Assembly (NCBI GenBank): GCA_963664305.2
Contig: CAXXLV010000001.1
Span: forward strand, 224,001 to 288,000
Origin: an uncultured Aliarcobacter sp.
Lineage (GTDB): Bacteria > Campylobacterota > Campylobacteria > Campylobacterales > Arcobacteraceae
Length of the DNA stretch: 64,000 bases
Direction: 5' to 3'
Shown piece after piece: positions 45,921 to 56,724 of the stretch (positions within the stretch are counted from its first letter, which is position 1; each line of letters begins with the position of its first letter). The translations under genes and the position numbers were made by a program. The notes beneath the pieces are model-generated. The model was given only the letters and a program-made list of their open reading frames with translations, had not been told where the DNA came from and did no database searches.

Positions 45921-46074
45921 AATATATCTCCACATTTATATTTAAAGTTTGGGATTTTACTAAGTTTTTACTTTAAGTTAGTTTAAACTTTTTGTCTATT
46001 TAAGTTTTTTTTTAGTTTTTATTTTTAACAAAATCCCATAATTTGGGAATTTGTATTTTTAGATAGCTTAATTT

Positions 46075-46830
46075 TTAATTAAAATCATACACTCTGAACT
46101 CTTTTGGTTCATTTGCCTCAAATGTATAATCAAAAATTTTTGTTATTTTAGAATGAAGTAAAACCCTATTTACATTAGAACTTACTCTTCCATAAATTGC
46201 ATCACCAATAATTGGTAATCCAACAGAATTAAGATGAACTCTAATTTGATGCGTTCTTCCTGATTCAATTACAATTTTTATTTTAGATTTATTACCTTCA
46301 ACTAAAAGTGGATAAACTGTACTTTTTGCAGGTTTACCTCTTTTTGCATCTATTTTAGATTTAGCCATTCCTCTATCTTTTGTTGTCAAAATTGGTTTAT
46401 CAATCTCAATTTCATCAACAACTTTTCCTTCAACAATAGCAACATATTCTTTGTAAACTCTATTTGCTTGAAACTCTTTGATTGCTTTTTTCTGAAATTC
46501 TTCATTTTTTGCAAACATCATAACACCACTTGTTTCTTTATCAAGTCTGTTTAATAAAATTGCATTTTCAAATTTTTTAGCAACGTCATCTGCAGTTAAA
46601 AATGCAGGTTTATCTACAACTAAAATATCTTTATCTTCAAAAATTACTTTAATTTTATTTATCTCTTTTACTGTAAATTTTGTATCAGTTCTAATTTCTC
46701 CACGAGCAATTAAAACTTTTTTATCTCCAACTTTTACAACACCTCTATCAATTAATTCTTTTGCTTTAGAATTTGATATTTTTTCTTGCTGAGCTAATAA
46801 TTTATACGCTTTATCATATGTTACAGCCAT
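46075..46830 (-). CDS. RluA-family RNA pseudouridine synthase with S4-like N-terminus
   Basis: VDKPA, NRLDKETSG, GRTHQIRVHL, PIIGDAIYG. Confidence 0.93.
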   Translation of the reverse strand: MAVTYDKAYKLLAQQEKISNSKAKELIDRGVVKVGDKKVLIARGEIRTDTKFTVKEINKIKVIFEDKDILVVDKPAFLTADDVAKKFENAILLNRLDKETSGVMMFAKNEEFQKKAIKEFQANRVYKEYVAIVEGKVVDEIEIDKPILTTKDRGMAKSKIDAKRGKPAKSTVYPLLVEGNKSKIKIVIESGRTHQIRVHLNSVGLPIIGDAIYGRVSSNVNRVLLHSKITKIFDYTFEANEPKEFRVYDFN

Positions 46831-47969
46831 TTATCTATCTCCTTTATTATAGGTTCAATCGAACCTGCTTTTGTTAAAATTGGTTTTTCTAAATCTCCAA
46901 TTTTCCCTAAATAATCACCTATTTCATCATTATCTATTAAATAATAGTTTTTAATACAATCAAAAAGAGATTTTTGATTAAATATATTTTTTCCACTAAT
47001 AATTTTACAACCAAAAAATGCAGGTTCTATTGGATTATGTCCACCAATTTTTTCAAATGCTCCACCCAATACGACAACATCACTTATTGCATAAATATCA
47101 TTTAAAATACCCATTTTATCAACTAATATTATATCAGATTCAAAATCTTCTTTTTCACTAAATTTATGATAAGAAAGGTTTTTCTCTTTTACAAATTCAC
47201 TTAATAGTAAATCTACTTTAGCAAATCGTTCTGGATGTCGTGGAACAATTACTAATTTCCCAAACTCTTTTTTATATGATTTGATAATCAATTCTTCTTC
47301 ATTTTCATGAGTACTTGCAGCCGTTATCAAAATGCCACTTGGCTTTTTCAAATCTATCTTTTTTTGTGGTAATTGTGCTAATTTAATATTTCCAATTACT
47401 TCAATATTTTTAGCACCCAACTCTTCTAATCTAATTCTATCAATTTCACTTTGTGCAAAAACTTTATCAATATTTTCAAATATTTTTTTATAAAAAAAAC
47501 TAAATCTTTTATAAGAATTATATGATTTATCTGAGATTCTTGCATTTATTAAAAAAGTTTTTGCACCTTTATTTTTTGCAATTAAAAAAAGCATATACCA
47601 AAGTTCAGCTTCCATTACAACTAAAACTTTTTGTCTATTTATCCAAAAAGGTAAAAAAATTTCAAAGGGAAGATATCTTACGTTTGATGTAATTGATTTA
47701 GCTTCTTCAAATCCTGTATTTGTAATAACAGAAATATTAGCTTGCTCTTTATACTTTTCAATCAAAGGTTTAATAGCTTTAGTTTCACCCATTGAACATG
47801 AGTGAAACCAAACTCCATTCTCTTTAAATCTTGAATTATCTTTTAAAAAGAACTTTGCTGGAATTGCTTTTTTATATTTAGAATTTTGTGATTTAAATAT
47901 TAAATAAGGAATTGCAAGTATATAAATAACACTTAAAATTAAGTAATAAAATATACTAAAAAGGCTCAA
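46821..47969 (-). CDS. waaA: Kdo transferase
   Basis: WFHSCSMGE, EAELW, NARIS, ASTH, VPRHPERF, GGHNPIEP. Confidence 0.95.
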   Translation of the reverse strand: MSLFSIFYYLILSVIYILAIPYLIFKSQNSKYKKAIPAKFFLKDNSRFKENGVWFHSCSMGETKAIKPLIEKYKEQANISVITNTGFEEAKSITSNVRYLPFEIFLPFWINRQKVLVVMEAELWYMLFLIAKNKGAKTFLINARISDKSYNSYKRFSFFYKKIFENIDKVFAQSEIDRIRLEELGAKNIEVIGNIKLAQLPQKKIDLKKPSGILITAASTHENEEELIIKSYKKEFGKLVIVPRHPERFAKVDLLLSEFVKEKNLSYHKFSEKEDFESDIILVDKMGILNDIYAISDVVVLGGAFEKIGGHNPIEPAFFGCKIISGKNIFNQKSLFDCIKNYYLIDNDEIGDYLGKIGDLEKPILTKAGSIEPIIKEIDKWL

Positions 47970-47970
47970 A

Positions 47971-48690
47971 TTAAGCCTCTAGTTCTTCAGCTTCTTTATA
48001 AAGAATTCTTCCACAATGTGGACAATTTATAATCTCTTCTGATTTAATTACTTCTGCATATGTTTTATCATTAATTTTCATAAAACAACCATAACAAGCT
48101 TGTTTTTTTACAGGTACAACAGCTGAATCTTTAGCCCATCTTTTAATTTTTTCATAGAAAGTTAAAATTTTATTATCAAATTTTTCTAATAATTCACTTC
48201 TTTCTTGATATACAACATTTCTTTCTTTATTGATTTCTTCAATTGTATTATCTACTGCAACTTGAATCTCTTTTATATCTTCTTCTTCAGTTGCTAATTT
48301 TTCTTGTAACTCTTTTAAAGTTGCTTCTTTATTTTTTGCAAGATTATCTAATCTATCAATCTCTTCATTTGCAAATGCAATTTGTTCTTTTGCTATTTCT
48401 TCTTCTAATTGTAGAGCTTTTAACTCTTTCTCATTATGAACATCTTTATTTTTTTTAGCAATATTTTCTAACTTAGTTTTTAATTCTGCTAAATGAATGT
48501 TGTTTTTTGTTCTTTTTGATTTAACATCATCAACTTCTAAATAAATTGAGTTAATTGATGCTTTGATTGTTGCTGCCGTTTCAACAAATGTTGCTAACTT
48601 AGCTTTTTCATTTTCAATTTTTGGCTCAAACATACTAATTGCTGTATCAAATTTTGATAATTTGATTAAATCCTGTAAATACTTATTCAA
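47971..48690 (-). CDS. Coiled-coil plus C4 zinc-ribbon protein (DUF164; H. pylori HP0958/FlgZ homologue)
   Basis: Long coiled coil, then CYGCFM...CPHCGRILY; conserved waaA/Nif3/glyQ synteny. Confidence 0.88.
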   Translation of the reverse strand: MNKYLQDLIKLSKFDTAISMFEPKIENEKAKLATFVETAATIKASINSIYLEVDDVKSKRTKNNIHLAELKTKLENIAKKNKDVHNEKELKALQLEEEIAKEQIAFANEEIDRLDNLAKNKEATLKELQEKLATEEEDIKEIQVAVDNTIEEINKERNVVYQERSELLEKFDNKILTFYEKIKRWAKDSAVVPVKKQACYGCFMKINDKTYAEVIKSEEIINCPHCGRILYKEAEELEA

Positions 48691-49438
48691 CCGTTTCTCC
48701 TTCTATAAAAAACTCAAATGGATTTTTTGAAGCTGTTATTATAGCTTTTAATTTATTTTTTTTCAAATATTCTTCTAAAAGTCCCTCTAATAAGGTACTA
48801 AAATATCTTTCACTCTCATAGTGTCTTATGTCAATAAGTGATAATCCTCTAGCTTTTGCTTCCATTGCATCATGATATTTTATATCACCTGTAAGAAAAC
48901 AATCTGCATGAACATAATCAATTAATGACATACCTGAACCTGTAACTATTGCAATTGTTTTTATAAAATCATTACACTTTACAGCGTTTATTGTTTTTAA
49001 ACCTAATTTTTTTGATACATATTTTATTAACTCATCAAAATTCATGTTTACATCACATGTAGAAACAAACTCTAATGATTTTTTTATTTTAAAGCCTAAA
49101 ATCTCTTCTACTACATATCTATTTAAATGTGTTTTATCGATGTTTGTATGCATAGAAATCAATGCCACATCTTTTTTTATTAGCTCTTTTAAGATTTTTG
49201 TACTATATGTATCAAAATTTACTCTTTTAATTCCAGAAAAAATCAAAGGATGATGAGTAATAACCAAAGATTTTTCTTTTATATTAGATACTAATTCTTC
49301 ATCCAAATCTATACTAATATAAATATTTTCAATTTCATCATTTTTTGAACCTACAAGTAAACCTGAGTTATCCCATTTTTCTTGTAGTTCAAAAGGAGAA
49401 ATTTCATTTAAAACATCATATATTTCTTGAAGTTTCAA
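48683..49438 (-). CDS. Nif3-like dinuclear metal centre protein
   Basis: WDNSGLLVG, ITHHPLIF, HTNID, TGDIKYH, HYESE. Confidence 0.93.
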   Translation of the reverse strand: MKLQEIYDVLNEISPFELQEKWDNSGLLVGSKNDEIENIYISIDLDEELVSNIKEKSLVITHHPLIFSGIKRVNFDTYSTKILKELIKKDVALISMHTNIDKTHLNRYVVEEILGFKIKKSLEFVSTCDVNMNFDELIKYVSKKLGLKTINAVKCNDFIKTIAIVTGSGMSLIDYVHADCFLTGDIKYHDAMEAKARGLSLIDIRHYESERYFSTLLEGLLEEYLKKNKLKAIITASKNPFEFFIEGETVE

Positions 49439-49440
49439 AT

Positions 49441-50322
49441 TTATTTTCCTATTCTTTTAAGTCTTTCAGGTTCTTGTTCTTTATATAAAACTGCACAACC
49501 TTGAGCTAATTCTCTTACTTTTAAAATATAATTTTGTCTTTCAGTTACTGAAATAGCTTTTCTAGCATCTAGTGTATTAAATGCATGAGAAGCAATCATA
49601 CATTGATCATATGCAGGAAGTGGTAATCCAGCTTCTAGACAAGCTTTACACTCATTAAATGCATCATCAAAATGTCTAAATAACATCTCTGTATTTGCAA
49701 CTTCAAAATTATATTTTGAAAACTCATACTCACCCTCTTTATGAACATCAGCATAAGTTGTTTTTCCAAATTCATTTTCGTTCCATACTATATCAAATAC
49801 AGAATCAACACCTTGTAAATACATTGCAAGTCTTTCTGTTCCATATGTAATTTCAACTGCAACAGGATCACATGCAAGTCCTCCAACTTGTTGGAAATAT
49901 GTAAATTGAGTAACTTCCATACCATCAAGCCAAACTTCCCAACCAAGTCCCCAAGCTCCAAGTGTAGGAGATTCCCAGTTATCTTCAACAAATCTAATAT
50001 CATGTCTTGAAACATCTAAACCTAAAAATTCCAAAGACTGTAAATATAAATCTTGAATATTATCTGGACTTGGTTTTATTAAAACTTGAAATTGATAATA
50101 AGCACCTAATCTATTTGGATTTTCTCCATATCTTCCATCAGTTGGTCTTCTACTTGGTGCTACATATGCAGTACTCCAAGGTGTTGAATCTAAACTTCTT
50201 AAAAGTGTAGCTGGATGAAAAGTTCCAGCTCCCGCAGGAATATCATAAGGCTGAACAATATTACAACCTTGTTTTGCCCAAAACTCTTGTAATTTTAATA
50301 GCATTTGTGAAAATGTAATCAT
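49441..50322 (-). CDS. glyQ: Glycine-tRNA ligase alpha subunit
   Basis: [37 protein letters not shown]. Confidence 0.98.
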   Translation of the reverse strand: MITFSQMLLKLQEFWAKQGCNIVQPYDIPAGAGTFHPATLLRSLDSTPWSTAYVAPSRRPTDGRYGENPNRLGAYYQFQVLIKPSPDNIQDLYLQSLEFLGLDVSRHDIRFVEDNWESPTLGAWGLGWEVWLDGMEVTQFTYFQQVGGLACDPVAVEITYGTERLAMYLQGVDSVFDIVWNENEFGKTTYADVHKEGEYEFSKYNFEVANTEMLFRHFDDAFNECKACLEAGLPLPAYDQCMIASHAFNTLDARKAISVTERQNYILKVRELAQGCAVLYKEQEPERLKRIGK

Positions 50323-50553
50323 CTATTTAATTCCTAACTCTTTATTTATTTTATTTTTGTCAAAACCACAAATCCATCTATTTCCTATCAAAATTACGGG
50401 AGCACCAGAACAATGTTTTTGACAATTTTTTAATGCTTGTTTATTTTTAGATAAATCTATAAGGTTATATTTTAGTTTTTTGCTTTTGAAATAAAATTTT
50501 GCTTCTTCGCACCATTTACAGTTTGGTACAGTAAATAGTGCGATTGGCTTCAT
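50323..50553 (-). CDS. Glutaredoxin/NrdH-like protein
   Basis: FTVPNCKWC CxxC motif; APVILIG cis-Pro motif; GFD. Confidence 0.85.
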   Translation of the reverse strand: MKPIALFTVPNCKWCEEAKFYFKSKKLKYNLIDLSKNKQALKNCQKHCSGAPVILIGNRWICGFDKNKINKELGIK

Positions 50554-51047
50554 TATAAAATTACTTCAACGTCTTTAGAATCACTTTCAACTTTTTTTGC
50601 TTGAACGATTCTATCTTCTTTTAATTTTGTAGATAATTCTTTATCTGTAATAGCTAAAATTTGCATAGCTAAATATGCTGCATTAACTGCACCACTTCTT
50701 CCTAATGCAACAGTACCAACTGGCATACCTGCTGGCATTTGAACAGTAGAAAGCATAGCATCCATACCATCCATTGCTCCACCTTTCATAGGAACTCCAA
50801 TAACTGGTTTAGTTGTACTTGCTGCAACTGCACCAGCTAAGTGTGCTGCCATTCCTGCAGCTGCAATAAATGCTACTGCGCCTTTTTCTTCAGCTTCTTT
50901 AATATAATTTTTTGTTCTTTCTGGACTTCTGTGAGCTGAAGAAACTACTAACTCATACTTTACATTAAATTTTTCAAATGTATCAGCACAATGTTTCATA
51001 ATTTCATAATCTGATTTACTACCCATTAATATTGATATAAAATTCAT
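50553..51047 (-). CDS. purE: N5-CAIR mutase PurE
   Basis: MGSKSD, SAHRSP, AGMAAHL, VQMPAG. Confidence 0.97.
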   Translation of the reverse strand: MNFISILMGSKSDYEIMKHCADTFEKFNVKYELVVSSAHRSPERTKNYIKEAEEKGAVAFIAAAGMAAHLAGAVAASTTKPVIGVPMKGGAMDGMDAMLSTVQMPAGMPVGTVALGRSGAVNAAYLAMQILAITDKELSTKLKEDRIVQAKKVESDSKDVEVIL

Positions 51048-51081
51048 TATTTTTTCCTTTTTATTTTTTTAAAAGTGCAAG

Positions 51082-51090
51082 ATTATATCA
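51082..51090 (-). promoter_or_regulatory. Extended -10 promoter for purE-grx-glyQ
   Basis: Minus strand TGaTATAAT overlapping the upstream stop codon. Confidence 0.55.
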
Positions 51091-52347
51091 AAAATTTTCT
51101 AATAGTTTTATAATCCTATCTATTTTTAGTTTTCGCCATGACTCTGATTTATAAATTGTAAGTTTTTCATTTTCGTAAATAAATTTTGATAAGTTTTTTG
51201 TTTTGTCTTTTACAAATATTGGTTTAACATATTTATAATACTTTATCTTTCTTTCAAAATCTTTATCGGTAAAAAATGCAACTGTAGGAATCATAAAAGC
51301 ATCACTTATATGATAAGTTGAAGTATCAGTTGTAATAACTTTATCCATATTTGAAACTATATAAATAAAATCATTTATAGTTTTTGATTCTTTTGATAAA
51401 TCTATATAATTATCTTCTTTTATTTTAGAATCTATTTGTAAAGTTGTAATTATCATATAATCATCAGCTTTTGCTAATAATTCTTTTAATAAATCTATTG
51501 CAGTAGCTTGAGGAATTGATTTATTTATATTTGCAGAATAAGGATGAAAAAGTAGTAGTTTTCCTTTTCTTTTTGCTTCATCAAGTTTTTGAATTAATGT
51601 ATCTTGAGGTTTATAATTGATTAAATCTAATACATTATATTTATCTTCTTCATTAATTTTTTTATAATTAATTCCAAATTTATATAGCCATGCATCAACA
51701 TTATTTAATTCTTCTAATAATTTATCCATATGCATACTATTATCAATAAAATAATCATATTCACAAAGTTTTTTTGATGTTATACTTAAAGGGAAAATAT
51801 TACTAATATATTTTTGAGTTTTATAAATATCTCTATCTCTTGTATAATAACTGTTATTTGAAGCATTTATATAAATATCAAATTTAATATTTTTATATAA
51901 CTCTTTTAATTTATTATACAAAATTCGTAATGCAGTACAAGATGAAATTATCTCACTAATTGTAGTACCAATTCCACCAATTAAAGCGATAGAAATTTCA
52001 TCTTTTTGAATATTTTTTAATTGCGTAAAAATATCAGTTTCTTCAAAATCAAAAAAATCTATATTTTTTTGTTCTTCTCTTTTTTTAGCTTCATCAGTAT
52101 TTGGAATTCCTAATTCAATTGGGAAATTTGGAAGATTTCTAATATTTTTTTCATTAAGATTCTTTGCAAAATATTTTGTTTTATCTACCCTTGAAAAAAT
52201 CTCTTTTATATCAACAAAATCATCATATGTTGTAATATAAACTGTTTCATTTTCAAGTTCTGATGGAGTTTTTAGTTTATAATAATAAACCATTGTTCCA
52301 TCAGTTGTTTTTATATTAATATTCTGAGTAACCCTAAAAAAAATCAT
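51088..52347 (-). CDS. Glycosyltransferase family 9-like protein with N-terminal extension
   Basis: GGIG, LFHPYSA..NKSIP, VITTDTSTYHISDAFMIPTV resemble GT9 (heptosyltransferase-like) motifs. Confidence 0.65.
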   Translation of the reverse strand: MIFFRVTQNINIKTTDGTMVYYYKLKTPSELENETVYITTYDDFVDIKEIFSRVDKTKYFAKNLNEKNIRNLPNFPIELGIPNTDEAKKREEQKNIDFFDFEETDIFTQLKNIQKDEISIALIGGIGTTISEIISSCTALRILYNKLKELYKNIKFDIYINASNNSYYTRDRDIYKTQKYISNIFPLSITSKKLCEYDYFIDNSMHMDKLLEELNNVDAWLYKFGINYKKINEEDKYNVLDLINYKPQDTLIQKLDEAKRKGKLLLFHPYSANINKSIPQATAIDLLKELLAKADDYMIITTLQIDSKIKEDNYIDLSKESKTINDFIYIVSNMDKVITTDTSTYHISDAFMIPTVAFFTDKDFERKIKYYKYVKPIFVKDKTKNLSKFIYENEKLTIYKSESWRKLKIDRIIKLLENF

Positions 52348-52360
52348 TTCTTTTAAAAGC

Positions 52361-53650
52361 TTATTCTACAATATTATCTTCAACGTTCTCAATTCTAAAC
52401 ATTGTTAAATAAGGAAGTTTTCCAGGAAGTTTTATTTTATTTACATTACCACTATGAACAGATTCTAACTCTTTATTTGTTTCTGTTAAAATTTTTTTGA
52501 AATTAATATAATACATTCCATCTTTTTTGAAGATTTTACCAATTTCATTTTCACATTCAACTAACTCTTCACCCATTGGAGTAAAGATTTCAATATCTTC
52601 ATTTGGATAAACTTTATATTTACATAAGAAATGTTCTTCATCTTCAGTTACAAGTCCTGTTACTTCATAAGAACCTTTACTTAATGCATAATCATGATTT
52701 TGAGAATCTGTTTTCTCAAATGGTCTATGAATTAAATAAGCATCAGTAAACCCTCTATTTTTTGTAGTGTGTAACTCTTTTTGATATTTTTCTGGTTCAA
52801 ATTTACCTTCATAATAATCATCAATTGCTTCTCTATAAGCTTTTGCAGTTACTGCTGCATAATATGGAGATTTAGTTCTTCCTTCAATTTTTAAACTATC
52901 AACTGCCCCACTATCTAAAATTTCTTTTATGTGAGAAGCTAAATTCATATCTTTAGAGTTAAAAATATATGTTCCAACACCTGGTTCTTCTTCTAATCTA
53001 AATAATGTATTGTGATCTTCATTTGCTGCATATAATGTATATTGGAATCTACAATCATTTGCACAACTTCCTCTATTTGGAACTCTACCCATTTGAACTG
53101 CACTTACTAAACATCTTCCACTATATGCAAAACACATAGAACCATGAACAAAAATCTCAATTTCCATATCTGGTAAATGTTTTTTAATTTCAATAACATC
53201 TTTTAATGAAATTTCTCTAGCAACTACAATTCTTTTTACGCCCATATCCCAATAAACTTGTGCATCAAGATAATTTAAAACATTTGCTTGTGTTGATAAA
53301 TGAATATCAATCTCAGGTGCGATTTCTCTACATAATTTTACAACACCTGGAGCTGCAACGATAAATCCATCTGGTTTTAATGCAGCCATTGTAGCTATGT
53401 GTTTTTTTAATAAATCAATCTGAGAATTGAATGGAAATCCATTGATTGTTGCATATACTTTTTTTCCTCTAGCATGTGCGTAATCTATTCCCTCTTTAAA
53501 TGTTTCAAATGTGAACTCTTTTCCAGCTCTAATTCTTAAACTAAAGTGACTTACTCCTGCATAAACGGCATCAGCGCCATATTTGATAGCAATTTTTAAT
53601 TTTTCTAAATTTCCAGCAGGTGAAAGTAACTCTACTTTTTCATTATTCAT
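52361..53650 (-). CDS. Peptidase U32 family protein (TrhP-like tRNA hydroxylation)
   Basis: ELLSPAG, GADAVYAG, HLSTQAN, FVHGSMCFAYSGRCLVS, NRGSCANDCR, LKIEGR. Confidence 0.92.
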   Translation of the reverse strand: MNNEKVELLSPAGNLEKLKIAIKYGADAVYAGVSHFSLRIRAGKEFTFETFKEGIDYAHARGKKVYATINGFPFNSQIDLLKKHIATMAALKPDGFIVAAPGVVKLCREIAPEIDIHLSTQANVLNYLDAQVYWDMGVKRIVVAREISLKDVIEIKKHLPDMEIEIFVHGSMCFAYSGRCLVSAVQMGRVPNRGSCANDCRFQYTLYAANEDHNTLFRLEEEPGVGTYIFNSKDMNLASHIKEILDSGAVDSLKIEGRTKSPYYAAVTAKAYREAIDDYYEGKFEPEKYQKELHTTKNRGFTDAYLIHRPFEKTDSQNHDYALSKGSYEVTGLVTEDEEHFLCKYKVYPNEDIEIFTPMGEELVECENEIGKIFKKDGMYYINFKKILTETNKELESVHSGNVNKIKLPGKLPYLTMFRIENVEDNIVE

Positions 53651-53779
53651 AAAATTCCTTTTAATATTCTAATAATATTTTCTTTTTAAAATACAATATT
53701 ATACCTATTTTTAAATAAATATAAATATAAGACTTAATCTATCTGATTTTGTTATGATTTTTGAAGTGTTTGAGAAAGC

Positions 53780-56659
53780 TTAAAAGCTTTCCCATTCGTC
53801 ATCATCTTTTGTTGATGAAGTAATATGTGCAGTATTTTTAGTTTCAATAGTATGTTTAACTTTTGGAGTTTCTATTTTAACTTGTGTTTCTTTTTTTTCT
53901 ACTTTTTCAATTACTTTTGTATCCATTACATTATCTCTTTTTATTTGATCTAAAGATTTAAATACATCCAATGTAGCTTTATCTAATTTTTGAGATAAAG
54001 TATTTAAAACATCTTTATCAGAGTTTGGTTTACAATCTTCATTTACATAATCTTGAACACTATTATGAACAAGGTCATGATTTGTTTTTAAACTTTTCCA
54101 GTTTTCAGTTTTTGTAAATGCTTTGCCACTATTTTCTTGCTCTAACATCCATTTTCCTAAATCACACTCTGATGATTTTGTTACACTCCATGTAACTTTA
54201 GAACTACCAACTTTATCAAAATTTGTTAATTTAAATCTAATATGATCATTTTTTAATTTAGAGATTTTAAATACTAAATCAATATCTTCAATCTCTTTTT
54301 TACTCATTTCTTTAAATTTAGCTCTATCTGCAATTTTTAGTAAATTTTCTGATAAGCTTGCTACTTCATTAGCTAAACCACTAATTATTGTCGCAGAATT
54401 TGCATTTACTTGAGTTGCTTGGTCTAAAGTATTTATCGTATCATTGATTTGAACAATACCTTTTTCTTCTTCTTTACTTCCTTGAGAAACATCTTCTATT
54501 AATGTAATTGTTTCATTAATTTTTGAATTAAGTGTAGAATAACCACCAATCATCTCATTAGCAATTGATTTTCCTTCATTTGCTTTTGCTGTTGCTATTT
54601 GAACAATATTTTTTATCTCTTTTGCAGCTTCAGCACTTCTACTTGCTAGATTTCTTACTTCTTGAGCAACAACAGCAAATCCTTTTCCAGCTTCTCCTGC
54701 AGTTGCAGCTTCAACAGCCGCATTTAAAGAAAGGATATTTGTTTGGAACGCTATTTGGTCAATAACTGTAATAGCATCATTGATTGATTTTACTTGTTCA
54801 TCAATATCATCCATTGCTCTATTTGTTTTAGAAGCTAATACTTCACCCTCTTTTGAAGACAGTTGTAATTCAGCTGCTAAATTTGACATTTGATGTACTT
54901 TTTGTACACTTGATTTTACAATTGATGTAATTTCTTCAACAGCAGCTGCAGTTTCTTCTAATGAAGCTGCTTGTTCATTTGCAGAAGCTGAAAGTTTATT
55001 TGCGGCATTTGATAAAACATTTGTATCTTCATTTAATTTTCTTCCACTTGTTACAATCATAGATAAGAATTCTGATACAGTAACTCCAATTAACTGTGTA
55101 CTTGCAGCTAATGAAGAAATAATACCATTTACTTTAGTTGTATCAATTTTTGAATCACCTATAGAGAAATTTGAATTTCCATATTCAATTAAAATATTAT
55201 TTAAACCTACAAGATTTTCATTTGTTCTATCAATCATAGAATTAATTGAATCTCTTAATTTTTGAATTTGAGGATTTGAAGATGTCTTTTCTATTTTATA
55301 TACATAGAATCCATTTATTACTTTTTCAATAACTTCATCAACATTCTCAATTACTTTTGCATCTTCTTCATATCCAGCTTTTAATTTTCCTATATAACCA
55401 TTAAAGCTATCAACTAATTGTCCAATTTCATCATTTGATTTCTTTTCAATATGGTCTGCATTTGTATTTCCTTCTGAAATATTTACTACAGCTTCATTTA
55501 AATTTTCTAAAGGTTTAATTATTGTTTGTTTGATGAAATAATTATAAATTAAATATATGATAATAATAGCAATTAAAGAGAAAATACTCATACTTACAAT
55601 AATATTATTTATTTGTGTATTTGTATTTTTTTCCATTAATGCAACTTCATTTTCTATGTCATCAACATATGCGCCAGTTCCAATAATCCAATCCCAAGGC
55701 TCAAATCTTTGTACATAAGAGAATTTTTCTTTTGGATCATTCTTTTTCTCTGGCTTATCCCACCAATATTTTACTAAACCACCAGCTTTATTTTCATTTG
55801 AAACTTTTGCCATCTCAACGAAAAGTTTTTTACCTTTTGCATCTGCACTATTTGATAAATCTTGTCCATTTAAAGCAGGTTTAATTGGATGCATAATCAT
55901 CTTTGGTTTTGAATCGTTAATCCAAAAATAATCATTATTTGCATATCTCATTTCAGAAAGTGTTTTTAATGCTTCATCTTGCATTTTAGTAGTTACATCA
56001 TCAACATATTCACCTGTTCCAATTACCCAATTATATGGTTTAAAAAGTTTTACAAATGAAACTTTAGGTTGAGGAGTATTAAATCCTGGCTTTGGCCAAA
56101 CATAATCAACAAAACCTTCTCCATTTTTCTTTGCAACATCTGCAAATTCAAAAAAGATTCTTTTACCTGCTTCATCTTTATAATCAGCCATATTTTTACC
56201 ATTTAATGCTGGCTTAATAGGGTGTGTTACAATAACAGCATCAGTATCATTTACCCAAAAATATCCTGTTTTTCCATATCTAGTTGCATCAATTATATTT
56301 TTTAATCTATACTTTAATGCTTCTTCAGATAATGAACCTTTTAATTTATCATACTCTGATTCTAAAATTGAAAAAAGAAAATTTGTTTGTGTTTTTAAAT
56401 CTTCTTGAACTTCAACTTTAATCTTATCAATTGCAGTTCTACCATAGTAGGCTTCCACTGTTTTGATAGCTAAAGAAACATAATTTTTTAATTCTGCTTC
56501 TTTTTTAACATATGCTTCTTCTTTAAATTTTTCAATGTTTTCTTTCGAAAACTTTTTAATAGAATATATTGAATCAATAGTAATTGCTACTGAAATAACT
56601 ATTATTGAAATTAAAGAAAGGATTAAAATTTTACCTTTTATAGACATGTTAGAAAACAT
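53780..56659 (-). CDS. Methyl-accepting chemotaxis protein with double Cache_2-type sensor, HAMP, CZB domain and C-terminal EWESF pentapeptide
   Basis: Two YFW(V/I)ND...HPIKP...W(V/I)IGTG.YVDD modules; NDEIGQL HAMP; MCP hairpin; KNDH/CDLGKW/HDLVH; ends DDDEWESF. Confidence 0.93.
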   Translation of the reverse strand: MFSNMSIKGKILILSLISIIVISVAITIDSIYSIKKFSKENIEKFKEEAYVKKEAELKNYVSLAIKTVEAYYGRTAIDKIKVEVQEDLKTQTNFLFSILESEYDKLKGSLSEEALKYRLKNIIDATRYGKTGYFWVNDTDAVIVTHPIKPALNGKNMADYKDEAGKRIFFEFADVAKKNGEGFVDYVWPKPGFNTPQPKVSFVKLFKPYNWVIGTGEYVDDVTTKMQDEALKTLSEMRYANNDYFWINDSKPKMIMHPIKPALNGQDLSNSADAKGKKLFVEMAKVSNENKAGGLVKYWWDKPEKKNDPKEKFSYVQRFEPWDWIIGTGAYVDDIENEVALMEKNTNTQINNIIVSMSIFSLIAIIIIYLIYNYFIKQTIIKPLENLNEAVVNISEGNTNADHIEKKSNDEIGQLVDSFNGYIGKLKAGYEEDAKVIENVDEVIEKVINGFYVYKIEKTSSNPQIQKLRDSINSMIDRTNENLVGLNNILIEYGNSNFSIGDSKIDTTKVNGIISSLAASTQLIGVTVSEFLSMIVTSGRKLNEDTNVLSNAANKLSASANEQAASLEETAAAVEEITSIVKSSVQKVHQMSNLAAELQLSSKEGEVLASKTNRAMDDIDEQVKSINDAITVIDQIAFQTNILSLNAAVEAATAGEAGKGFAVVAQEVRNLASRSAEAAKEIKNIVQIATAKANEGKSIANEMIGGYSTLNSKINETITLIEDVSQGSKEEEKGIVQINDTINTLDQATQVNANSATIISGLANEVASLSENLLKIADRAKFKEMSKKEIEDIDLVFKISKLKNDHIRFKLTNFDKVGSSKVTWSVTKSSECDLGKWMLEQENSGKAFTKTENWKSLKTNHDLVHNSVQDYVNEDCKPNSDKDVLNTLSQKLDKATLDVFKSLDQIKRDNVMDTKVIEKVEKKETQVKIETPKVKHTIETKNTAHITSSTKDDDEWESF

Positions 56660-56687
56660 TCAACTCTCCATAGTTTTTATTGTATAT

Positions 56688-56717
56688 ATAATATCTATTG
56701 TAGTGCTAATTTGTCAA
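56688..56717 (-). promoter_or_regulatory. Sigma70 promoter for the Cache MCP
   Basis: Minus strand TTGACA (56712-56717), 18-nt spacer, TATTAT (56688-56693). Confidence 0.55.
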
Positions 56718-56724
56718 GTTTTTG

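Noticed and set aside
46028..46054. Imperfect hairpin upstream of ffh as an SRP RNA or ffh leader
   Set aside because: Too short and lacks the SRP helix-8 motif; more simply a 3' hairpin of the RluA gene.
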